DNA from: a virus
Lineage: Duplodnaviria > Caudoviricetes
Virus record (IMG/VR): IMGVR_UViG_3300042446_001529
Location: 1 to 64,000 of that record
DNA: 64,000 nucleotides
Direction: 5' to 3' (one strand)
The first letter of the stretch is position 1, and each line of letters opens with the position of its first letter. The notes under the pieces were generated by a model that did no database searches, was not told the DNA's origin, and saw nothing but the letters and a program-made list of their open reading frames with translations. Positions 35,392-44,866 of this stretch are shown here, one piece after another. The position numbers were made by a program, and so were the translations under genes.

Positions 35392-37494
35392 ATGGCCTAT
35401 GTAATTAACAAGTTCAACAAGGAACAATTAGTGGTGCTGCAGGATGGCACCATTGATACTACCACAAGTCTGGGATTGGTTGGCAGAAACTATGTGGGCT
35501 ATGGTGAAATACAGAATGAAAATTTTGTGTTTCTCTTGGAAAATTTTGCTAATACAGCTCCTCCATCGAGGCCTTTAACTGGACAGATATGGTTTAATAC
35601 CACAGACTCTATAACCTATGCCTATGATGGCACACAGTGGAATCCCATAGGATCTGCTGTTGTAAGCGCCACAGTCCCTGTCAGCGCCAACCCGGGTTCT
35701 TTATGGTTTAAGACTCCGATTAATCAACTGTTTACATATACTGGTACAGCATGGAGATTGATAGGTCCAGAAGCTGTGGAAGGATTTGGATCTACTAAAG
35801 CAAGATCAGGAACCCTGGACGACAACACCGGTAATCCTCGCCCAGTGATATTCTTAGAAACCAATGGCGTGATATTTGCTATCTGCACTGCGACAGCTTT
35901 TACTATCAACACAAACGATCAAGTTACAGGATTCAGCGACAGTCTATTAGCGGGAATCAATCTTTCTAGCACGGCTAAGATCAATGGCAGCGTAACCGGC
36001 AATGCTGCCACAGCTGATCAGTTATCAACAGCTAGACTAATTAACGGAGTGCCATTTACAGCCGCGTCAAATATCACAATCACAGCAAATACCACCAATG
36101 CATTGAAAAAAGGTGATTATATCCTAGGATCAGATTTCAATGGTTCGGTAGAAAGAACATGGAATGTGGATGCATCTCCTGCCAATCTCATAGGTAAGAT
36201 AGTCGCTAGAAATTCACAAGGCGGATTTTCAGCAGGCACTATCACAGCAGATCTAGTTGGCAACCTTACTGGAAATGTCACAGCAACCAGTGGAACCAGC
36301 ACATTTAACATAGTTCAGGCCACCCAATTTATCGGCGCACAGTTGTCTGGAAATTCATCCACTGCTACACGATTAGCCACTTCTAGAACCATTAACGGCG
36401 TGGGATTTGATGGTTCTAATAATATCACAGTCACAGCTGATGCCGCAACCTTGACCGGAAGCAGTCTTAATAATTCTGTGACACTGAGTGGTTTGACACA
36501 GTTAGGAACATTGAGTTCTTTAAATGTCAGTGACACAGGAATAGTGTTAGGCAGTGGAAATCAACTGCGAGTGTTTGTTCATTCAACTGGTCCTACTATA
36601 AGATCTACTAGCGGAAAATTAAAATTTGATATGTTAGGAATAGGACCTGAGTTATCATTTATAGGTGCTCCAGAATCATTATCTTTAGGCGGTCCCAACG
36701 ATCCTGCAATTATTTCTGATAATCTATCAAATTTGGGTATTCCGAGTCATAAATTTAAAAATGTGTATGCAACATATTTTAAAGGTACCGATGCTGAAGT
36801 TACTAGCATAACGTCAGCAGATCCTAGTAATAATATAACTGCCAACGGCAATTTAATTGTAACTGGAAATTTAACAGTTCAGGGAAATGTAACAGCAGTC
36901 AATTCCACAGAACTTACAATCGAAGACAAATTAATAACACTAGCCAGCGGAGCAGCTACAGCAGCTGAAGCTAGTGGTGCTGGTATATTCATTAACGGGT
37001 CTGGCGCTTCGGTTATGTATTCAAGCACAGGCAACAAATGGGTTTTAAACAGAGTTTTAGATACAGGTAGTAATGATATTTTCACTACTGGTTTGTTTAG
37101 GGGAACAGCAACAACTGCTCAGTATGCAGATCTAGCAGAAAATTATGTAGCTGACAGAGAATACGAACCCGGCACAGTTTTAGAAATTGGCGGAGAATAT
37201 GAAGTTACTCTAGCTCGACCAGAAACTAATAAAATTGCTGGTATTGTTTCTACTGACCCCGCATATTTAATGAATTCTTCATGTGCAGGTAACCATGTAG
37301 TTGCTGTAGCATTACAAGGACGAGTTCCGTGTAAAGTTACAGGAAAAATTAATAAGGGTGATATATTAGTAAGCGCCGGTAACGGGTTCGCTAAATCAAC
37401 TAATCAACCGCAGTTTGGTAATATAGTAGGTAAATCTTTAGAAAATTTTAACGGAACTGACGGAATTATTGAAGTTTTAGTTGGAAGAAACTAA
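35392..37494 (+). CDS. Tail fibre protein, paralog 3, with probable C-terminal chaperone-like domain
   Basis: Shared N-terminus; two GNA.TA..L.T.R.ING..F repeats; C-terminal YADLAENY...VALQGRVPCKV. Confidence 0.75.
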   Translation: MAYVINKFNKEQLVVLQDGTIDTTTSLGLVGRNYVGYGEIQNENFVFLLENFANTAPPSRPLTGQIWFNTTDSITYAYDGTQWNPIGSAVVSATVPVSANPGSLWFKTPINQLFTYTGTAWRLIGPEAVEGFGSTKARSGTLDDNTGNPRPVIFLETNGVIFAICTATAFTINTNDQVTGFSDSLLAGINLSSTAKINGSVTGNAATADQLSTARLINGVPFTAASNITITANTTNALKKGDYILGSDFNGSVERTWNVDASPANLIGKIVARNSQGGFSAGTITADLVGNLTGNVTATSGTSTFNIVQATQFIGAQLSGNSSTATRLATSRTINGVGFDGSNNITVTADAATLTGSSLNNSVTLSGLTQLGTLSSLNVSDTGIVLGSGNQLRVFVHSTGPTIRSTSGKLKFDMLGIGPELSFIGAPESLSLGGPNDPAIISDNLSNLGIPSHKFKNVYATYFKGTDAEVTSITSADPSNNITANGNLIVTGNLTVQGNVTAVNSTELTIEDKLITLASGAATAAEASGAGIFINGSGASVMYSSTGNKWVLNRVLDTGSNDIFTTGLFRGTATTAQYADLAENYVADREYEPGTVLEIGGEYEVTLARPETNKIAGIVSTDPAYLMNSSCAGNHVVAVALQGRVPCKVTGKINKGDILVSAGNGFAKSTNQPQFGNIVGKSLENFNGTDGIIEVLVGRN

Positions 37495-37507
37495 TAATAT
37501 CTGAATA

Positions 37508-37515
37508 GATAAATA
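37508..37515 (+). promoter_or_regulatory. Late promoter (GATAAATA)
   Basis: In the short gap before 37543, upstream of a GAGG Shine-Dalgarno. Confidence 0.55.
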
Positions 37516-37542
37516 TAAAACATAGCAGAGGTTCTTAACAAC

Positions 37543-39345
37543 ATGGCATATGAAGTCAACAAATTTAACGGTGTGTTTTTAACGTCTGTAGCTGACGGCA
37601 CTATCGACACCACCACTGATCTAAGGCTAGTGGGCAAAAATTACGCAGGCTACGGCGAAGTGCAGAATGAAAATTTTGTTCATCTATTAGAAAATTTTGC
37701 TAATAACACAGCACCTCCAAAAGCTATTACCGGGCAAGTTTGGTTTGATACACAACTTAAAAAACTAAAGTTCTATGATGGTGCCAAGTTCAAAACAGCT
37801 GGCGGTGCTGAAGCCAGCGCATCAGCACCTAGTGGTTTGTCTGTAGGTGATTTTTGGTGGGACACATTAGCCAAACAGTTATATACCTATACCGGTAATG
37901 ATTTCACTCTTATTGGACCTATAGCCAGTCCCGATTTAGGCACATCAATTATCAGCCCGGCAGTGGTATATGGAACACTGACTACTGCAGAAGGCCCACA
38001 TACTATACTTAAAGTCATAGCAGACAGCAAGACCATAGCTGTGATCAGCAAGACTGCGTTTACTCTTGATAATAGTAAAAATGCCATAGATGATTTCACA
38101 GTGATTAAGAAAGGTATAACATTAGTAAAATCACAGACTGGTGTTTCTACGGATGATTTTACGTTTTGGGGCACTGCAAGCAATGCCACCAAGCTAGGCG
38201 GATTCACAGCTGACCAATATATCAAAACAGGTGAAAGCGCATTTATTTCGGAAGTTGGTTTCAAAGATCCTGGCTTTCAAGTAGGCGACGGCAATGATCT
38301 TAGAGTTAGAGTTGAAAACGGCAGCGATGTAATTGTAGAAAATCGTTTAGGCAATGATATAACATTTAGGATCACAGTACAAGACGCTGTCGATGAGAGA
38401 GATATTGCAATTATAAAACGCACAGGAATAGAACCTGGTATCTCTAACGCATATGCTTTAGGATCGACTACCAAAAGGTGGAGTAATGTTTTCGCTACAG
38501 CATTCAATGGTGCCTTAACTGGAGCAGTGACGGGAAACACCACAGGTATACACAAAGGCAACGTATTGGCCAATGATGATACAGTGTTGATAGATGCTAC
38601 AACAAAACAGATAGGATTTGCCGGAGCTAACATTGTTGGTACTCTTACTGGGTCGGTTACCGGGTCTGCGTCAACAGCAGTAAATGCTGGTAAACTAAAC
38701 AATTTAGATCCCAGTGCTGTTATACCCGGATCAGCAATTTCAACAGTAGCTGTACGAAACGCCAACGGTGATATATTAGCCAATCAATTTGTTGGTACTG
38801 CAGACCGCACCGATAGAACATTTATCGATAGAACCAATGCAATATCTGATCCTACATGGGCAGATGGAACAGTCAGCACCCAATATAGAACCGCAAGAAT
38901 TACAGCCACAGCTTACAGCATTGCGGCAAGAGATGTCAGCGGTAACATCACTGCAAATATTTTCAATGGCACGGCCACAGCTGCTCGTTATGCAGACTTA
39001 GCTGAAAAATATCTTGCTGACAAAGAATACGAAGCAGGCACAGTGGTAATGATAGGCGGTGAAAAAGAAGTCACAGCTAGCGATGTCAATACTCGCGCTG
39101 TAGGAGTAGTTAGTGCAGATCCTGCTTTTATGATGAACAAAGATCTTGAAGGTGGAATATACATTGCTCTCAAAGGCAGAGTTCCATGTAAGGCATACGG
39201 TTCAGTAGCAAAAGGTGATAGGCTGATAGCTGGCCCAGGCGGCACAGCTATGGCAGCTCACGGTAATTATGCCAACGTGTTTGCAGTTGCTCTAGAATCA
39301 ACCGGAACACGAACTGGCAACATCATTGAAGTATTGGTGCTGTAA
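37543..39345 (+). CDS. Tail fibre protein, paralog 4
   Basis: Shared N-terminus; C-terminal YADLAEKY...IALKGRVPCK as in paralog 3. Confidence 0.75.
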   Translation: MAYEVNKFNGVFLTSVADGTIDTTTDLRLVGKNYAGYGEVQNENFVHLLENFANNTAPPKAITGQVWFDTQLKKLKFYDGAKFKTAGGAEASASAPSGLSVGDFWWDTLAKQLYTYTGNDFTLIGPIASPDLGTSIISPAVVYGTLTTAEGPHTILKVIADSKTIAVISKTAFTLDNSKNAIDDFTVIKKGITLVKSQTGVSTDDFTFWGTASNATKLGGFTADQYIKTGESAFISEVGFKDPGFQVGDGNDLRVRVENGSDVIVENRLGNDITFRITVQDAVDERDIAIIKRTGIEPGISNAYALGSTTKRWSNVFATAFNGALTGAVTGNTTGIHKGNVLANDDTVLIDATTKQIGFAGANIVGTLTGSVTGSASTAVNAGKLNNLDPSAVIPGSAISTVAVRNANGDILANQFVGTADRTDRTFIDRTNAISDPTWADGTVSTQYRTARITATAYSIAARDVSGNITANIFNGTATAARYADLAEKYLADKEYEAGTVVMIGGEKEVTASDVNTRAVGVVSADPAFMMNKDLEGGIYIALKGRVPCKAYGSVAKGDRLIAGPGGTAMAAHGNYANVFAVALESTGTRTGNIIEVLVL

Positions 39346-40247
39346 TGACTAGCGGAACATCAATATTTGCTTCGCAGTATGTGGCCATACAAGACAAAGC
39401 AGAGTCTTTGTTAGGCATTGGATCTACCACTAGGGGGTATGGTCAGACCGTGCAATCTTCAGATGTTTTCATTGGTAATGCTATAACCAAAGCACAATGG
39501 GATCTGTTGAGATTTGATATTATCAATATAAGACTGCACCAGGATGGAGTAATTCCCTCGATAGTACAGGTCGCTGTCGGTGATGCAATTGGATTTGGAC
39601 CAAGTTCTCCAAACACAAATTACGACATATTGTTAGAACAGGCCATTACAAATAGATTCAATCTTGCCGACAACCAATCAGTAGTCACAGCTAAAGCCAC
39701 ACAGACATTCAGTTCTTCGTGGTCAACTCAAGCACAGACCACATTGACTTGTAATTTTGCTGATGCTACCACAGCTAGGTATTTTTTCAACAGTGGAGGA
39801 AAAATTAGAATTACTTCGGCGTTGACAGCTGGCGCACCAACAGCACAAGTTACAGCTTGGGTAAACTTTTTGAACAGTGTTGGAACACGAAGTTTTGGTG
39901 CCAATACGAATCCTACTGTCAATTATTACACATTGACTAATGTGTATCAGACATTTTATCAAGATTCTCTCAGTAGCCCGTATTCTGCAAACAATTATAG
40001 ACTTGAAGCCAAGTCTGATGTAGCAAATAACTCCACAGGCACAGCCACTCAAGTCCAGATACGTATTACATTAACAGACACGTATACTGATCCCGGCCCA
40101 GAACCCAGTCCACCACCGGGGGATTCTGTAGTGGGCACGTTAACAGTGAATGTGGCAGAAGTCAAAGCTTCTGGACTGTTACAGCCATCGGGCAATTTCA
40201 CAATCACTAGTCCGACATATTCACTTTCAAGTATTGTAGCAGCATAA
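39345..40247 (+). CDS. Virion structural protein (paralog of next gene)
   Basis: GYGQ, W..LR.DIIN, ARYFFNSGGKIRI, PYS.NNYRL shared with 40264-41244. Confidence 0.65.
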   Translation: MTSGTSIFASQYVAIQDKAESLLGIGSTTRGYGQTVQSSDVFIGNAITKAQWDLLRFDIINIRLHQDGVIPSIVQVAVGDAIGFGPSSPNTNYDILLEQAITNRFNLADNQSVVTAKATQTFSSSWSTQAQTTLTCNFADATTARYFFNSGGKIRITSALTAGAPTAQVTAWVNFLNSVGTRSFGANTNPTVNYYTLTNVYQTFYQDSLSSPYSANNYRLEAKSDVANNSTGTATQVQIRITLTDTYTDPGPEPSPPPGDSVVGTLTVNVAEVKASGLLQPSGNFTITSPTYSLSSIVAA

Positions 40248-40263
40248 TCTCTTAAATATTCTC

Positions 40264-41244
40264 ATGCCAGCTGTTAACAGTGTAATAGTCCAAGCAGACT
40301 ACAATTCAATAAGAAACAAAATCATTGCTGTGTTAGGTTCCGGCAGTGGAAACTCTGGATACGGTCAACAAATCAGAATCCAATCTACGGCTGTAACAGA
40401 AGGCACTAAAGTCACTATCAACGAGTGGGCAAATCTGAGATATGACATTATCAATGCCTACAAGCACATTAACGGATCTAACCCAGTTACCGCTGTGGTC
40501 GCAGACGGTAATACTATTCGATATTCCAGTTCATTTACTCCCGATATCGGAACCCTCGACGTACCGCAAAAGCAATATGATGATTGGGCCGATAATATCA
40601 CAGCTAATAGATTCACAATAGCCACTAGTGAATCGGGTACCACAGCAGTGACCACATCAAGCAGAACCGGAGCATGGGTTAGCCAGTGCGAATGCGTCAT
40701 ACAATTTTATTGGTCCAATGCCAATGATGCTAGATATTGGTTCAACAGTGGCGGTAAAATTAGGATCAGTGCGAGCCGAACCGGTGGGGTGCTTGGCACG
40801 GCTCAAAATACTAGTTGGACTAGTCTTCTCAGTGCCGCAGGCACACAGAGTTTTGGAGGCGCAGCGCCTAACGCAAGTCTTGTAACTTCCCCTAACGACG
40901 GTACAAACTGGTATAGAACCACTAACTCTTTCCAGACATTTTACACAGCCACAGCCAGCAGTCCCTATGGTTCTAACAACTATCGTCTACAGGCTAGGTG
41001 TGTTGATGTGCCTTCAAACAGCGGAGGCACCGCGGCCAGCGGTGAAATACGAATATTGTTCACAGACGGATACACCGACTCGGGTGCAGGGGGTAGTCCT
41101 AACCCACCCCCAGGTGATGACATAGATGGAACACTTACAGTAAGTGTTTCTACACTGTTTGCTACAGGTATTATGGTGCCTAGCAGCGCAGTATTCACTG
41201 TGACTCAACCCACAGTTTCTATTGGTGCTGTCACTGGCTCGTAA
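40264..41244 (+). CDS. Virion structural protein (paralog of previous gene)
   Basis: GYGQ, WANLRYDIIN, ARYWFNSGGKIRI; TAAATA at 40253-40258, 5 nt before the ATG. Confidence 0.65.
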   Translation: MPAVNSVIVQADYNSIRNKIIAVLGSGSGNSGYGQQIRIQSTAVTEGTKVTINEWANLRYDIINAYKHINGSNPVTAVVADGNTIRYSSSFTPDIGTLDVPQKQYDDWADNITANRFTIATSESGTTAVTTSSRTGAWVSQCECVIQFYWSNANDARYWFNSGGKIRISASRTGGVLGTAQNTSWTSLLSAAGTQSFGGAAPNASLVTSPNDGTNWYRTTNSFQTFYTATASSPYGSNNYRLQARCVDVPSNSGGTAASGEIRILFTDGYTDSGAGGSPNPPPGDDIDGTLTVSVSTLFATGIMVPSSAVFTVTQPTVSIGAVTGS

Positions 41245-41268
41245 TTTATTTCAGACCACATAATTCTC

Positions 41269-41276
41269 TATAAATA
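41269..41276 (+). promoter_or_regulatory. Late promoter (TATAAATA) heading the modification island
   Basis: Exact T4 late consensus followed by AAGGAG Shine-Dalgarno and ATG at 41304. Confidence 0.75.
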
Positions 41277-41303
41277 AACTACGCAGTTTATCAAGGAGAA
41301 CTC

Positions 41304-41651
41304 ATGAACGAACAGTTGAAAGCTGTATTGGATTTCGCCAATTATCAGCAGACTTTTTCAATCCACAAAAAAATTCTCAAAGAACGCACAGCTGCCAAAC
41401 TGATGTATGGTTTCTCTGGCGGGCTGTTTGCCATTGATAGAAATCTGTTGACATTTGTTGAAATGCTGTGTAGCAAAGGCAGAGTTTCTGGAACAGTGCT
41501 GTTGGACAGCAACGAAAATCCCATTTTGATAGAAAATCTAGAAGCTTTTCGTGATGAAATCTTCAGCAGATATTTCGAAGTCACCAATGAATACTTTCAA
41601 GAATTTGACAAGATCAAGAAATCTAGATCTGTAGAAAAACTTATCGCATAA
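41304..41651 (+). CDS. Hypothetical protein
   Basis: 115 aa, strong Shine-Dalgarno, stop overlaps next start. Confidence 0.7.
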   Translation: MNEQLKAVLDFANYQQTFSIHKKILKERTAAKLMYGFSGGLFAIDRNLLTFVEMLCSKGRVSGTVLLDSNENPILIENLEAFRDEIFSRYFEVTNEYFQEFDKIKKSRSVEKLIA

Positions 41652-42511
41652 TGACCAATGGCATTTTAATTTTCGCACATAATAATCGTGAAGTAGATTA
41701 CGGATTATTAGCAGTGATCAGTGGCGGGCTTGCAAAAAAACATCTTAATGTTCCAGTGTCATTGGTCACAGACCTTAGCACCAAGGAATGGTTGATCGAA
41801 TCCCGCACATGGCAGCAGGTTGAAACAGTATTCGAACATGTTATAATTGTTGATAAGCCTGTTACGGATAATCAACGTGGATTGCACGACGGTGTAATTA
41901 ATAAAAAAATACCGTTTTGCAATACCAACAGACATTCTGTATGGGACCTTACACCCTATGATAGAACACTGCTGATAGACAGCGATTTTTTAATATTCAG
42001 TGATAATCTAAACAAATATTGGAATGTAGAAGCTGACGTTATGATAGGAGATTCGATCAACGACATATATAGCGAAGATAGATTAGGATACCTTGATAGA
42101 TACGTCTGTGAAACCAGCTGTAAAATGTATTGGGCAACCACAGTGATGTTCACGAAAAATCCACAGTCCAAACTGTTTTTTGATACGGTGAATTTAATCA
42201 AAGAAAATTACAAGCACTATGCTGATGTCTTTCGATTTGATCATAGACAATATAGAAATGACATAGCGTTTAGTGTTGCCAAGCATATGCTAGATGGATT
42301 TGAAAACATGAACACACCAACGCTGCCGCCTGTGTTATCAGTGATGGACAAAGACATACTCACAGCCGTCGACAAGGACAAATTGACATTCTTGATCGAT
42401 CATCGATTGGATGCCACATATTGTGCAGCATCAGTGACTGGAGTTGATATACATGTGATGAATAAACAAAGTATATTGAGACATCAACAACAGTTAATGG
42501 AGTTGATATGA
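41651..42511 (+). CDS. GT-A fold glycosyltransferase-like protein (GT8-like)
   Basis: TPYDRTLLIDSD (DxD), RNDIAF, late HVMNK. Confidence 0.7.
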   Translation: MTNGILIFAHNNREVDYGLLAVISGGLAKKHLNVPVSLVTDLSTKEWLIESRTWQQVETVFEHVIIVDKPVTDNQRGLHDGVINKKIPFCNTNRHSVWDLTPYDRTLLIDSDFLIFSDNLNKYWNVEADVMIGDSINDIYSEDRLGYLDRYVCETSCKMYWATTVMFTKNPQSKLFFDTVNLIKENYKHYADVFRFDHRQYRNDIAFSVAKHMLDGFENMNTPTLPPVLSVMDKDILTAVDKDKLTFLIDHRLDATYCAASVTGVDIHVMNKQSILRHQQQLMELI

Positions 42512-43347
42512 ACTTTGGGTATCTGTTATTTGTAGCACACAATGATGACATTGATTATCTCAAGTGCGCCTATGCTCTAGCTCTGAGTATAAAAACCACA
42601 CAAAAACCAGGGTATGACAAGGTGGCATTGGTAATTGACAACAAAAAATCGCTTGAAAAATTATCAAGTCCGTGGGTGTTTGACACAGTGATAGAATGGG
42701 ACCAAGAGAAATATTGGGATGGTAGATCGTGGATGGATCAACTGTCTCCGTTTGATCACACAGTATGCCTTGACGCTGACATGTTATTCCTACGAGATTA
42801 CAGTCATTGGATTGATTATTTTATTGCTAACAGTGAATTATATGTGGCCAACCAAGTCTATACCTATAGGGGCGAAACAATCACAGATCGCACATATAGA
42901 AAAACCTTTGACAGAAACTGCCTGCCAGATTTATACTCTATGTGGACTTTTTTCTCTAAAGGATCTGTGCTATGCCAAGAATTTTTTGATTTAGGCCGAC
43001 AGATTATAAAAAATCCCAATGAATTCACTAATCAGTTTCTAAATGAACATAGACCCAAGGTCGTTGGCACAGATGAAGCATTCGCACTGGCTGCTAAAAT
43101 ACTAGATATAACTGATGACGTCGCATACGATTTACCATTTCCTCGAGTAGTGCATATGAAACCAATGCTGCAAAATTGGCCGTGGCCGGCTGACACTTGG
43201 AGCGATCATGTGGGATTTTATCTCAATGCAGATGCTAGACTAAAGATAGGAAATTTTCAACAGAATGATATTGTGCATTACGTAGAGAAAAATTTAATCA
43301 CAGATGAGTGCATACATATCTTGGAGACCAAAGCATGGAAACTATAG
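42508..43347 (+). CDS. GT-A fold glycosyltransferase-like protein (GT8-like)
   Basis: SPFDHTVCLDADM (DxD), TDEAFALA, HMK, HY; paralog of upstream gene. Confidence 0.7.
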   Translation: MNFGYLLFVAHNDDIDYLKCAYALALSIKTTQKPGYDKVALVIDNKKSLEKLSSPWVFDTVIEWDQEKYWDGRSWMDQLSPFDHTVCLDADMLFLRDYSHWIDYFIANSELYVANQVYTYRGETITDRTYRKTFDRNCLPDLYSMWTFFSKGSVLCQEFFDLGRQIIKNPNEFTNQFLNEHRPKVVGTDEAFALAAKILDITDDVAYDLPFPRVVHMKPMLQNWPWPADTWSDHVGFYLNADARLKIGNFQQNDIVHYVEKNLITDECIHILETKAWKL

Positions 43348-43952
43348 AAGATTTTGATAAATGGCTGAAAGAATACAAGCCACCGATTATACAATATGTA
43401 GCGGTGTTTGATCCAAATACGGGTCGAGTTATCAGCGTAGGACCAGATCATGCTTTTGCAGATCAAAAACATACAGTGCAGATATCACAAGAAATTGCTG
43501 AATCTATAATCACAGCTGAAACACAGATACACAACTGTCAAATAAATGTAGAGTCAGGACAGTTAGAGATAGCTGAAAAAAAGACACTAAACAAATTAGA
43601 TGATGTATTGCATAGAATTCCTGACATCAAATATTTGGAAGAATTTAAATCGGACATACATCTAACATACAGTTCGAAAAGCAAATATTTGAAAATTCAA
43701 CTGTCTACAGAATACGGTGGAACTAAAAAACACAAAGGCAGCATCGGAACAAGACAATTTATTTGGGATGGTTCTACCGATATGGATTTTTTAATCACCG
43801 ATTACAACGATCCCAACTTGATTTTTCAGATGTTTTCTGTTAAACTAAATGAACTAGTTGGGCATAATGTAACAATTAAAAACATTGAATATGATAGATT
43901 CAGTGTGTATACAAGACGCCTATTTAAGAATTATGTGATCGAATATAAATGA
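43335..43952 (+). CDS. Hypothetical protein
   Basis: GGAG Shine-Dalgarno before ATG 43335; coupled to both neighbours. Confidence 0.65.
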   Translation: METIEDFDKWLKEYKPPIIQYVAVFDPNTGRVISVGPDHAFADQKHTVQISQEIAESIITAETQIHNCQINVESGQLEIAEKKTLNKLDDVLHRIPDIKYLEEFKSDIHLTYSSKSKYLKIQLSTEYGGTKKHKGSIGTRQFIWDGSTDMDFLITDYNDPNLIFQMFSVKLNELVGHNVTIKNIEYDRFSVYTRRLFKNYVIEYK

Positions 43953-44866
43953 AAGTAATCGAGTTTGATGTAGTTTTTTTAAGTTACGATGAGCCTAATG
44001 CAGATCTGCATTATGCTGATTTGTGTAACAAAGTTCCGTGGGCTAAACGCATTCACGGAGTCAAAGGATCTGACCATGCCCATAAAGCCGCAGCAGAAGC
44101 CAGTGAAACAGATTGGTTTATCACAGTTGATGCTGACAACATTGTAGATCCTAGATTTTTTAACATCGACCTTGACATGAGTGATCCCAAGATACAGGTC
44201 TATGGTTGGTGTGGTCGTAATGCAATTAACGGTCTTCGATATGGCAATGGTGGATTAAAAATCTGGCGTAAGGATTTTGTCTTGAACATGAAGACACATG
44301 AAAATTCCAACAGTGATCGCGGCCAAGTAGATTTTTGTTGGGAAGATGGATATAGAAATTTTCCATTAACGTTCAGTGAAAGTGTTATTACAGGATCATC
44401 ATTTCAAGCATGGAGAGCAGGATTTCGAGAAGGTGTTAAAATGACCTTGCTTGACGGCGTTAAAGTTCCTCCGATGGAAATTAAAGAACGCATATGGTGG
44501 CATAATATTCACAGACTGCGCATGTGGTCAACTGTGGGTGCTCACGAAGAAAATGGAATCTATGCAGTCTATGGTGCTAGACTAGGAACATGGATGGCCA
44601 ACTGCACTGAATGGAATTATGTTGATGTTCGAGATTTTGAAATACTCAGAGATATATGGAATCAATATGGAAAACCTTATCAAGAAGTAAACGGTGACGG
44701 ATTAATAGATGAGATTAAAAATTTAGGCGATAAAATAAAAATGAGTCTGGGATTAGATTGGCCTTTTCTTGATGCACAGCAGAGCAAATTTACTTTAGAT
44801 TTGTATAATGAAACCATGAATCTCAACGACACTTATTTTAAGATGCCGGTGCCTACGAATGTATGA
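43949..44866 (+). CDS. GT-A fold glycosyltransferase-like protein
   Basis: DVVFLSYDEPNA, VDAD (DxD), YGNGGLK, AWRAGFREG. Confidence 0.7.
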   Translation: MKVIEFDVVFLSYDEPNADLHYADLCNKVPWAKRIHGVKGSDHAHKAAAEASETDWFITVDADNIVDPRFFNIDLDMSDPKIQVYGWCGRNAINGLRYGNGGLKIWRKDFVLNMKTHENSNSDRGQVDFCWEDGYRNFPLTFSESVITGSSFQAWRAGFREGVKMTLLDGVKVPPMEIKERIWWHNIHRLRMWSTVGAHEENGIYAVYGARLGTWMANCTEWNYVDVRDFEILRDIWNQYGKPYQEVNGDGLIDEIKNLGDKIKMSLGLDWPFLDAQQSKFTLDLYNETMNLNDTYFKMPVPTNV

